Part shown: piece by piece, positions 1-10,725 of the stretch | Layout: every line of letters starts with the position of its first letter | Numbering within the stretch: the first letter of the stretch is position 1 | Origin: the human T2T-CHM13v2.0 reference genome, Homo sapiens | Strand: one strand, 5' to 3' | Assembly (NCBI RefSeq): GCF_009914755.1 | Contig: NC_060935.1 | DNA: 64,000 nt | Program-made: the position numbers and the translations under genes | The notes under the pieces: generated by a model | What the model saw: the letters and a program-made list of their open reading frames with translations, nothing else | Database searches by the model: none | Told to the model about the DNA's origin: nothing

Positions 1-232
1 CAGCAACTGACTGCCTTTCTTTCTGGTTTCACCTTTCAAAGCACAGAATTTATTTTCAAGATCTCACTCCTTAAGTGCAAGTTTGAAGATGGAGGAAAGG
101 AGCTGTGCGTACAGAGTGGGGAGTTTCTCACACTGCCTTTCACAGGCTGCGCTCCCTGAGGTAACACAAGGAACATCCTTGAGACAGTCTCTGTGTGCAG
201 TCAAAATACATAAAAGGCGGTGGCAGTGCAGA

Positions 233-365
233 ATGCACTGTGCATGCACGTGCACACATACATAGGCACACAGATGCACTCATACACATGTGCATGCAGG
301 TACACATATGCATGCACTACACATATACCCGCATGCACACACGTATGCAAGCATCATGCACATAC
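233..365. repeat. Degenerate (CA)n/(CATG)n alternating purine-pyrimidine tract
   Basis: tgcatgcacgtgcacacatacatagg...catgcacacacgtatgca. Confidence 0.75.
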
Positions 366-992
366 CATACCCAGAGACACAGAGCATTGAATGCTCTTAA
401 TTCAATGCCCAGAGACACAGAGAGATGAAATGATGGGTCTGGGAGAGTGTGGGAGTTTGGCAGAGTGTCAGTTTGGAAAAAACGAAGGGGTTCAGTAACT
501 GTGAGGTAGCAGGAAGCCAGATCTGGAAGGGATGAGAATCCTGCCAGGACGCTTGGGAGGCCAGTGGACAGGACACAATGGCTTCTCTGTCCAAACAGAC
601 ACATCCAGGACATGCTGACCCATCAATCAGACAGCCTCGCCCTCCCAAGACCCACATAAGGGCTGTGCTAATTTCAGTGCATCTTTGTCTAAGCCTGACC
701 CAGAGGAGGCCGTGTCCATGCCTCAGCACAGAGGCCAGCCCATCTTCTGCTCAGGACCTCTGTTCAGCCTCTCCTACTCCCTCTCCCTGGGATGCTCAGT
801 GTCTCCAGGCCCAGGTGGGACATCACTGCCCAGCGCCTGACACCAACGCCGCCAAACACAATCTCAGACCCACTTTCTTATTCCACAGGCACAACAAACC
901 AGCAATGAAAGAAATTAGACCTATTCAGTGTCAATACAATGACCTTATCATTTGATGTCTCTTTTTTTTTTTCAGTAAAATTGAGTGTGGAA

Positions 993-1603
993 TGTAAACC
1001 AAAAATAAAACTCTAAGGTTCCCCAGTTATCTGAATAGAATTCTTCCTAGGCCAGGGCCCTCTTAAAATTTAACCTGAGAGACTGGTTCAGGCCATGACA
1101 GGGAGTGGGGGTTGGACCTGCCTCATTATACTCTCCAGCATTAAAATCGACACAGACCATAAGTCTGATAAGAAACACTTATAATCTATTCTCTCTAAAG
1201 CCTACTACCTGAAGCCTTCATCTTCATAATAAGAACTTTGACCTCCATAATTCCTTATCTTAACTCAGACATTTCCTTTCTATTGATCGCAGGTCTTTAC
1301 ATAAACTTAACCAATAGCCAGTCAGAAAATTTTTAAATCTACCCATAACCTGGACCCCCGCCACCACCCACGCCCCCGCCCTCCCCACACTTCACCTTCC
1401 TTGACCAAACCAATGTACTTCTTAAATGTGTGTGATTGAAGTCTCATGTCTCCCTAAAATGCATAAAACCAAGCCACACCCCTACCACCTTGAGCACATG
1501 TTCTCAAGATCTCCTGAGGGCTGTGTCATGGGCCATGGTCACTCCTATATGGTTCAGAAAGAATCTCTTCAAATATTTTAGAATTTGGTTCTTTTCATCA
1601 ACG
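993..1603 (+). mobile_element. Solo ERV1 LTR, MER4 family (MER4B/D-like)
   Basis: Starts TGTAAACCAAAAATAAAA and ends TTTTCATCAAC(G), matching MER4-type termini; flanks ggaa/ggac are a near 4-bp TSD. Confidence 0.85.
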
Positions 1604-2230
1604 GGACTAAACAGAATTGACAGCTGAGGTTTGGCAATGGAGCTGGAGAAGTGTATGTGCAAAAAAAAGAGAAAGTGGTACAAATTGTATAATATGAAAG
1701 ACTTTTCTTTATAGGCACAAAAGATAAAACCATACATTTAGTTCAATGTGTAATCATTTGTGCAGTCTAGAGATTTAATATTGAGGCTGAAAATGAGCAT
1801 GTCAATCCCAGGCCTTGCTGTGTATTTTTCATAATTTATTTAATAAAATAATATTTTTAAAATCACTCATATTATATTCATCTATAACAAACATAATGAG
1901 ATTGGTAGAGAGTCATTCAAGTAACATGGGAGATAGATTTTTATTATAAGATTTTGATGCCATTTTAGAACAAAAGGAAGAGAGAGGACAGAGAACACAA
2001 GAGAAAGTGAGAGGAGAACACAAGAAATCAGGACACAGAGTGGAAAGGATAGGCAGAGACTGGCAGGCATTTGAAAAGCAAAGACAGGTTCCAGGAAGAG
2101 GCAGGAAGAGGTTAGGTCCTTCCAGATCAGGACCATGCCAGGCATACCATCTGTTCTTTATCCCACTTTAAACAATATCTGGCATATACTTTGTGCTAAA
2201 AGTATTTGCTGACTTGAATCGAGTCTGAGG

Positions 2231-3644
2231 TGTAAACCAAAAATAAAATCTCTAAGCCCTCCATCAGACCGAATGAATGGGTCCACCCTCTGGGCCAAGG
2301 GAATTACAAAGAAACCGAAAAAACTGAATTCCAGGCCATGAAGGAAGACAGGTCAGACATGCCTCATTATACCCCCTCTTTTTTTGGAGTTTAGGCAAAA
2401 CTTACCAGCATTAACATTAAAATAGACATCCTTATATGGATGAAACAGACCCTTTGGCAGTAAGATGCCAAATTCCAACTTGACTCTGGTATAGCATCAC
2501 ACGACAGCAGACCCTGAAAGAAACTGACACACTTTACTTCAAAATATATTTATCTGATATATTTTGAAATGGCCCTGCAAAGCCTTTTGTGGGGTAAAGT
2601 TTTGCATCTTTAGAATCTCTTTCCCTTTCTAGGTCTTTGCCACGTCTAGAGGAGATTTAATTGAGTTGGACTGTATTTAAAATCTGAAAAGAGACATTGA
2701 CCATCTATTCTCTCAGAAGAATACTACCTAGAGGCTTCATCTACATAACAAGAACCTTGGCTTCCACAACCTTCCTTTTCTTAACTCAAGCATGTCTTTC
2801 TACTGTCTTTAGACAAAGCTAAATTCTTTCAACCAAATGCTGATCAGAAAATCCTTGAATTCACCTATTACCTGTAAGTCCCCACTTTGAAATATTTCAC
2901 ATCTTTGGGCCTACCAATGTATACCTTACATGTGTTACTGGAAAGAGGTCAGGGTCCAGACTCCAAGGGAGGGTTCTTGGATGTTGTGCAAGAAAGAATT
3001 CGGGGTGCGTCCATACAGTAAAGTGAAAGCAAAGGAATAAAGAATAGCTACATCATAGGCAGAGCAGCTTCGAGGGCTGCTGGTTGCCCATTTTTATGGT
3101 TATTTCTTGATGATATATTAAACAAGGGGTGGATTATTCGTGACTCCCATTTTAGGCCATATAGGGTAACTTCCTGATATTGCCATGGCATTTGTAAACT
3201 GTCCTGGTGCTAGTGGGAGTGTAGCAGTGAAGACCAGAGATCACTCTCGTTGCCATCTTGGTTTTCGGGGGTTTTCACCAGCTTCTTTACTGCAACCTGT
3301 GTTATCAGCAAGGTCTGTATGACCTGCATCTCCGGCCAACCTCCTATCTCATCTTGTGAAGTTAAGAATACCTAACCTCCTGGGAATGCAGCCCAGTAGG
3401 TCTCACTCTTATTTTACCATGCCCCTATTCAGATGGAGTCTCTCTGGTTCAAACACCTCTGACACATGTATTGATTTATGTCTTTGTCTGTAACTTTTGT
3501 CTCCACAAAAAGTATAAACCAAGCTGTAATCCAACCACCTCACTTTCTCCAGACCTTCTAAGACTGTTCCCTTGACCATGGTCACTCATATTGGTTAAGA
3601 ATAAATCTCTAAATATTTTTCAGAGTTTGGCTTTTTCATCAACA
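2231..3644 (+). mobile_element. Solo ERV1 LTR, MER4 family (MER4D/E-like), split by a MER41 insertion
   Basis: TGTAAACCAAAAATAAAA...TTTTCATCAACA; perfect TSD GAGG (2227-2230, 3645-3648). Confidence 0.88.
2933..3464 (-). mobile_element. MER41A-like solo ERV1 LTR nested in the MER4 LTR
   Basis: Minus strand reads TGTCAGAGGTGTTTGAACCAGAG...TTTCCAGTAACA; perfect TSD CATG (2929-2932, 3465-3468); lacks the tandem GAS segment of MER41B. Confidence 0.88.
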
Positions 3645-3649
3645 GAGGA

Positions 3650-3825
3650 ATCAGATGAGATGGAGGGGGGGAGTTAAGCTGTATATGGATATATAGACAT
3701 GAGGGAGAATGAGGAAATCAAAGTAGATGACAGCAAATGGGGAGTTGAGGAATAGAAAAAGATCAATGGAGTGAGAGAGGAGAGGGAGAATGAGGAAGAG
3801 AGGGAAAGAAGAGGGAAGAAAAGAA
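3650..3825. repeat. GA-rich low-complexity tract (a similar one lies at ~1970-2110)
   Basis: Purine-rich gagaggagagggagaatgaggaagagaggg. Confidence 0.6.
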
Positions 3826-4342
3826 CTTCAGAGCCTGTGTGCCTGGTAAAGTGATTCACAAAGTAGAACAGTCCCCCAAAACTGAGGTTAGCTCAGGCCC
3901 CATGGAGTACTCAGAACCTGGCTGTGGGAACATGTTTACTATTAGGTTAGACCAGGAACCAGGGTCATTCCCATCAAGCCTCAGAATAACCTGAAATAAA
4001 TGTTTCTCTAGCTTAGACACAGGGCCAGGACAGGATCTCTGCATTTTATAGCTCTGGAATATCCACCTGGGATAATTATGCATAGAAACTGTTTTCCAGA
4101 AACTTTAGGCCAGATCATGGGAAGAGAACTGATCACCGATAAACAGAGTAGGTCAATGCCCCATGGCCCACGTGGTGAGGTCTGCCCTACTCTGCGTAGA
4201 TGAAACCATGTTGGGGCTCAGGATTATATAGGTATTAACAAGGGAGCTCCAGGGTTGGCACCACAGTGAAGACAGATGACAATTGGACAGCCCTTCTTTA
4301 TAATCTAATGATTGGGGGCCAGGGACAGGTATATATCAAATG

Positions 4343-5350
4343 TAGTGGTGAGCTAAATAATAGCTTACACAGGTATCAGGTCCTAATCTCTGGAATGTGT
4401 AGTTGTTCCCCGATGTAGAGAAAGGGTCTTTGGGAATGTGTTTAAGGATTCTGTGGTGGAGCAATAGCTCTGATTATCGAGGTGTACCTTAAATGGAATC
4501 ACAAGTGCTACTGTAAGAGAGAGACAGAGGGTGGCTTAACTGGCAGAAGATGTGAAACTGAAGGAGTGCAGAGAACTTCACCCCAAAATAGTGGTCCCTG
4601 ATGTAATGTGCATTTTTAATTAAAGACCTTCAGAGATCAACAGAGGCTGGAGGAGAATTTTCTCTGTCTACATAGAGACCAGAGGGAGTATCCAAGGAGA
4701 ACAACTGTCTTTCCTTCCTCTCTCTGTTAGCTCATTATCTATTACAGAAAACAGGACCAAGAGTGTAACCACTCCAGGACAGACTTTCACAAGATAATGT
4801 CTGTCTCTCAGTCTCAGTCAATTTTCAAAGAGCATCATTTACAAGTGAATCCCTGTTCCCTGATCTATTTATTCTCTTCTTTAATCATGTATCACCCTGT
4901 AATTACCTACATTCCCATCTCCTCTTCCCCTCTGAAATAGGGCTATACAAGTATCTGGGCCCCATTGAATATGGGACAATCACTCTGTGGCTCTCCCCCA
5001 AGCACCTATTAATAAATGTTCATGCCTTTCCTCCAATTAATCTGCCTTTTGTCAGTTTATTTACCAGCAAGCCTTCAGAGGGTGAAGGGGACGTGTTGCC
5101 TTGGCCCCGGCACGACTACAGAGGCACAGATTGCAGTGAGGCAGCTGCAGCCGAGTGCTGGCAGCCACCTGAAGTCAGGAGAGCCAAGGGCCGGTGCTCC
5201 CCAAAGCCTCCAGAAGGAGTGCAGCTCTCCCCAAATACCTCAATTTTAGCCCCGTGAAGGTGCTTGGAACTCAGGCCAGCTCTACTGTGGGAATTGTTTT
5301 AAACCACCACGTTGGTAGTAATTTGTTACAACAGCCACAGAAAAAATACA
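4343..5350 (+). mobile_element. MLT1 (MLT1C/D-like) MaLR LTR, split by an ERV1 LTR
   Basis: 5' part 4343-4558 and 3' part 5113-5350 ending gtaatttgttacaacagccacagaaaaaataca, typical MLT1 motifs. Confidence 0.75.
4559..5112 (+). mobile_element. MER39/MER34-like ERV1 solo LTR nested in MLT1
   Basis: TGAAGGAGTGCAGAGAACTTCACCCCAAAATA start, AATAAA near 5011, end ccttcagagggtgaagggg...ttggccccggCA. Confidence 0.75.
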
Positions 5351-5549
5351 GACGCTCACCAGGTCTAAGTCCGTAACAAGTGCTTCCCATGGATTCCATA
5401 ATTGTTGGCATGACTGAGATTGTAGCTTCTAGTATCCCCATTACTTATTTTAAGAAAACATAGGATAAAAATATGCTGTATTACTTACCCAAGGTACCTA
5501 GTAGGGGGCCTAGAGTGGGACAAATCGAGTGTGCAAGTGAGTGTGCAAG

Positions 5550-6227
5550 TGAAACGGCCTCATTGTCTGGGGCGATACCCTGGAAATCACTGTCTCATGG
5601 CTGAGAAACTAAAGGGTACAGACACACGAAGAGTGAGGTTGAGAGTGGATGTTTAACAGGTGAAAGGAGGAGGACGGCTCCCTGCAGCAGAGAAGGGTCC
5701 CGAAGAAATGAGCTGCTGGAGCCGTGGTGAAATGTAGGAGGTTTTATAGATGTCTGGTGAGGGGGTGGTATTTGACTTACATAGAGCACAAAAGATTGGC
5801 TGGACCAGGTGTGCCATTTGCATGGGGTGTGAAAAACTGGTTAGGACTAGGTGTGCCATTTGCATAGGGTGCGAATTTTTGGCCACCCCCATCCTAATCA
5901 CTCATTAAGCAGGCAGGTCCTCTGCTGTGGCAGCACCATGTTGCCCATTCCTTTACTGTACACACAGTGACAAAAAAAGGGAAGATGGAGCCTCAACGTT
6001 GGACGTGCCTGACCCCCAGGTAGCCATTTTCTATTGGCACAGCTGCTGGCATTTCCCATGCAAGCTTCCAGCTTGCTTGTCTATGTTTGCAGCTCAACTT
6101 TTCAGGCTGCCCTTTGTTAGAAAAAAAAATAATTTCTTGGGCTGCTTTTTGTTAAAAGGGAAGCTCTGTCAAAGACTCTTTTACCCTCACTATCTGCCTA
6201 AATAATTTCTTTCTACCTCCTGTATCA
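5550..6227 (-). mobile_element. ERV1 solo LTR, MER50/LTR9/MER61 group
   Basis: Minus strand starts TGATACAGGAGGTAGAAAGAAATTATTTAGGCAGATAGTGAGGG; perfect TSD CAAG (5546-5549, 6228-6231). Confidence 0.85.
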
Positions 6228-6380
6228 CAAGGCAACTCTCTCCACGTCTCTTTATGTCCCAGCACCCAGAAAGGTGCCCAGCAAATGAGGAGTTGCTTGA
6301 AAAATATGTGTTCAGTAAATTAGCAAATTAATATAAAGAGCATAATATGGAAAAATAAGTGTTTCAGGGCTCCTAAGGGG

Positions 6381-6964
6381 TACAGGGGCCAAGGGAAACA
6401 TCTACTTTGCCCTCTGAAGGTTTGCTGAAAATTGACTGGCAGAAGACAGATTAATTGGAGAAGAGGTATACACATTTTTAACATGCACTGGAGAGAATCA
6501 CAGAGTGATTACCCTAACCCCCAGTGGGGACAGAGGCTTATAAACCCTTTTTCACAAAGGAGGGAGGAGATGAGGAATGCAGACAATGCTATTCAGGAGC
6601 AGTAAATGATTATTAGGAAGAAAAGGTGTGGAATTTAGAGACAGAAATTAACTTGTAAATAATACTTTTTGGAATTTGAATGACCCCAAGAGGCAGGCAT
6701 TATCTTGTGAAAGAGACCATCCAGATATGGTAACATTTCTGTCTGAAATGAGATTTCAGGAATGGGCTAGATGGCAATTGTGGTTTTTTGGGAAGAAGAT
6801 TTCTTAGTCAGATAAGGAAATTACAGAGAGAGAGTCCCTTCCTGCCCCAAGACAGTTTTAGGGGGACCATGATTCTGAGGCTTATTTATGAGGTCTTTTA
6901 ATGTTTAAAAGCACTCACCATGCCCAGGTGTCATATATCAGGGAACCACTTCTGCACCCCAAAA
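6381..6964 (-). mobile_element. MER39/MER34/LTR49-like ERV1 LTR (3' LTR of a decayed provirus)
   Basis: Reverse-complement homology to the 4559-5112 LTR (ggggccaaggg...gccctctgaagg); runs directly into ERV internal-like sequence. Confidence 0.7.
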
Positions 6965-7613
6965 GTCCTCTGTCTAAAATGTCCCTCAAAGTTTCACACA
7001 CTAAAATCTAAGTTGTTGGGTGTGAAGATAATATTTGAGTTAATAGCTGAGTAGCAAAAATTATCATTAAACTGGTGTTCTATTTCTACGAGTAGACCAG
7101 TCCAATTAAACAGCTGTGTCTCATTTCAGGAAATGGCGTTGCAGATGGGCTCCCAAACAGCAGAAAAACAAAGGTTAATATTTGGAGCAGTCTATAAACG
7201 GATTTCTTTAGAGTCTGGAGAGCAGTCAGTTGAGGTATCCAGCTGTTCAACTAGAGGCATCTTTAGTTACTGTGGAAGGAGGCATTGGCGATCTGACAGA
7301 TTTTGTGATCTGTAATTTGTATGTCACAAGGTTATTTATGCATAAACTTCAGCTTGCAAGGCCTCGGTAAAAAGGTATTATCAATTTCAGTGAGCTTAAA
7401 AAATAGGAGAAAAATTTGTCTGAAGGCCTGTAACCAGAAAAAAAAATAGGATTTAGTTTAAATTGTGGGCAAATAGCAAAACTGAAAAAAAAAAAAAAGA
7501 TCAGAGCTAGAAACTAATAAGTGTACCATAGTTTTCTTCTGAAACATAAATTTTCCCTTTCCCGTCCCACAATTAATTTAGGCAAAGATAAATTTAAGCA
7601 AAGAAAAAGTAAA

Positions 7614-8231
7614 TATGGAAGAAAAATAAATCTAGGGACCCCAAAATCACTACGCCAAAGGGAAATTCAAGCTGGGAAACTTGTCATGCAAACCTGCTTC
7701 CCAGTCTATGTAGTCTACTCCTAAATAAGATAGCTACAAAAATTTTGAAAAGCTACATACCTCCCTTACAATTTTCCCACGAAGAAAAATTCCTTTAGAC
7801 AAAGCACAAACAGATGTCAAAGTTATCCCTCTGCTCACATGGGACACGCGCATCTGAGTGCTTCCTTTGTTCTGTTGCTTTACTAAGCCAGACTAAGGCA
7901 TAAGCGACTATTTCTGTAAATTGTGTATTCAGTGAAAGCCTAATCAGAAACTCAAAAGAATGCAACCATTTGTCTCTTATCTACCTCTGACCTGGAAGCC
8001 CTCTTTTGGTTTTAAGTTGTCCCTCTTTTCTGGACCAAACCAATGTACATCGTGCATATAATGATTGAGTCTCATGTCTCCCTAAAATGTAGAAAACCAA
8101 GCTGTGCCCCAACCACCTTAGGCACATGTTGTCAAGATCTCCCGAGGCTGTGTCACTGGTATGTCCTTAACCTTGGCAAAATAAACTTTCTAAATGGACT
8201 GAAACTTGTCTCAGACACTTTTTGGTTTACA
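7614..8231 (+). mobile_element. MER4A-like solo ERV1 LTR
   Basis: gaaaaataaatctagggaccccaaaatcact...gctgggaa start motif; ends ttttggtttACA. Confidence 0.85.
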
Positions 8232-8558
8232 GTAGGACCAATTTATTTGCAAAATAAAGTCTTAGACTTGTTATACTTGGCCTGAGTATTTGACTAAAGT
8301 ACAGCCAGAATTGTACTTGGCCATCTGAGCACTTTTTAAATTGACTTGACTGAAACTTTTTTTATAAGGAATTTCAGGTTCAATCTTTAAAAGCCTCTTA
8401 AGATTGGAAGCCAGGCCAGCAATTCACCATCAGATTTTGCCTGTAATACTTGTATGAATTGGGTAAATCCCTCTTTTTTGAGGTCCCCAAAATATCCTGA
8501 AGTTCCTGGGCTTGTCAGAAAATGGTATTCTTTACTTACTGCAAGGCTATAAACCTTG

Positions 8559-8922
8559 TAATATGGTTTGGCTTTGTGTCCCCACCTAAATCTTCTTGAA
8601 TTGTACTCCCGTAATTCTCATATGTTGTGGGGGGGTTGCGGGGGCAGGGACCGGGTGGGAGATAATTTGAATCATGGGAGCGGTTTCCCCCAGACTGTTC
8701 TCGTGGTAGTGAATAAGTCTCACAAAATCTGATTTTTTCAGGGGTTTTCACTTTTTCATCATCCTCATTTTCCCTTGGTGCCACCATGTAAGAAGTGCCT
8801 TTCGCCTCCTGCCATGATTCTGAGGCCTTCCCAGCCATGTGGAACTGTAAGTCCAGTTAAACAACTTTTTCCTCTTAGTTGCAGGTATGTCTTTATCAGC
8901 AGCATAAAAATGGACTCATACA
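8559..8922 (+). mobile_element. THE1A-like MaLR solo LTR
   Basis: taatatggtttggct...ggactcatACA; perfect 5-bp TSD CCTTG (8554-8558, 8923-8927). Confidence 0.9.
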
Positions 8923-10075
8923 CCTTGTAGGAGAACCATGTAGACAACGTATCAGGCCAGTTCTTCCAAAGGTTTAACAGCTTCTTAGTTCCTCAAAGCA
9001 ATCTGGTCAATCTGAAAATATGACATCTCAGTCAAAGCTTTGGTAATGGAAGCTATATTCCTAATTGCCCTATCATAAAGAGAGCAAATTCTTATTGAAG
9101 TTATGCTAATGCTATATTGACATAAAATACAAATACCCACAAATAGTTTTCAAATTCTGTAGGGATCAGGTAGAAAGAAAGGTAAATGTTCCCATTTTGC
9201 TCACAACAATATATTTTACCCAATTGTTGTAAGCTGTAAATGGCTTAAAAGAAAGGAAGAAAAAAAAAACTTTGTCTTGACTCTGAAAAGCAAAAACTAA
9301 AAAGAATCAGCAATATTTCAAATAAAAAGAAGTCACAACAATTGTTTTGGTCTTTCATCAGTTCAGTCTCATGTAATTAATTTTGTTCTACTTGATGTTG
9401 GGTTAGTAATCTTCATGAACTCATTCGTTTACTAGAGTTTTGTAAGTTTTTACCTAATCCAATGGTATAATCTCCAAAATTATCAAAAATCTACATTCAA
9501 GAGTACTTGTTGTGGTCTTTTTCATGAATTTTCTTGTAGAAGAAGTAAATTTTTGGCTATAGCCAACTATAAACCACTTTTTGAAATGAATCAAAGTAAA
9601 GTGATATTGTCTATGAATGACAAAAGACTTAGAATAGCCATGGCTAAAGACACAATTGACAAGGAAATTTGATTATTTCTGTGGCTGACAGAAACTTATG
9701 AATGCCAAGTGACGTCCCCCTCCACTCTTCCAGTGGTTATTTATAGAATACAGTCTGAAGTTATCTCCCTGGCTCTGAAGGCCAGCCCTTTGCTCAGAAG
9801 TGGCAACATGGGGCAGAATTGAGTGATCCTTCTCTGGAACATGCATTTGTAACGGTGAATAGAATACGTGACAGAACGCAAAACCTGGAGGCAAATGTAA
9901 AGAAATCAAGGGCGAAGGTGAGAGCAATGAGCGGATGAGACTATGTGAGACGACAGGTGCAGAAAAGCTCTGCTTCTGGGGCAGGGGATGAACTGGGTTG
10001 ACAGGTACTAGTGTTAATTAAGTTCTGGAGCCTCTTTAGCTCATAGATGAAGGACAGCAAGTCAAAAATTAAGGT

Positions 10076-10370
10076 GGCTGGCCACGGTGGCTCATGCCTG
10101 TAATCACTTTGAGAAGCTGAGGCGGGTGCGTCGCTTGAGGTCAGGAGTTTGAGACCAGCCTGGCCAACATGGGGACACCCCATCTCTACTAAAAATACCA
10201 AAATTAACCAAGTGTGGTGGTATGTGCCTGTAGTTCTGGCTACCTGGGAGGCTGAGGCAGAATAACTGCTTAATCCTGGGAGGCAGAGGTTGCACTGAGC
10301 CAAGATGGTGACACTGCACTCCAGCCTAGGCGACAGAGTGAGACTCCATCTCAAAAAGATAATAATAATA
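10076..10370 (+). mobile_element. AluS (Sx/Sz-like)
   Basis: Dimeric Alu with A-rich/(TAA) tail; flanking aaaa(t)taaggt TSD. Confidence 0.95.
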
Positions 10371-10489
10371 AAATAAGGTGAACCTAACTTCAAAATTTGT
10401 CTTCCCCAATGAAACATACTCACATCGTCAATTTTTCCTCATTTTTCATTTTCCTTCTCAAAATTCCCCTTTCATACAATATACTAAAA

Positions 10490-10725
10490 TAGAATAGTTA
10501 TTTGTATGAGTTCTAAAATCAGACTTCCTGGGATTAATCCCTGCTTATTTCATTATTATATGTGTAACCTGAGGCCGTTTGCTTAAATTCTCCAATCTGG
10601 TTTTTTTTTTCAGTTATAATTGTTTCCTCCTGTTATTGTTAAAATAATTTGAAATAATGCACATACAGATTTAGAATGTTGGTAGGCCTATAATACTCCA
10701 TAGATGACTGTTGCTATTATTGTTA
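10490..10725 (+). mobile_element. MIR fragment
   Basis: tcagacttcctgggattaatccctgct...tgtgtaacctgagg...cttaaattctc core. Confidence 0.6.

Larger units (their letters stand above)
6965..9690 (-). mobile_element. MER4-group ERV1 internal region remnant, interrupted by MER4A and THE1A
   Basis: AT-rich MER4-int-like motifs (gaggtccccaaaatatcctgaagttcctgggcttgtcag; gacaaggaaatttgattatttctgtggc); no intact ORF. Confidence 0.6.

Noticed and set aside
4559-6964. Two MER39-like LTRs as the ends of one provirus
   Set aside because: They are in opposite orientations, and the first is nested in an MLT1, so they are independent insertions.
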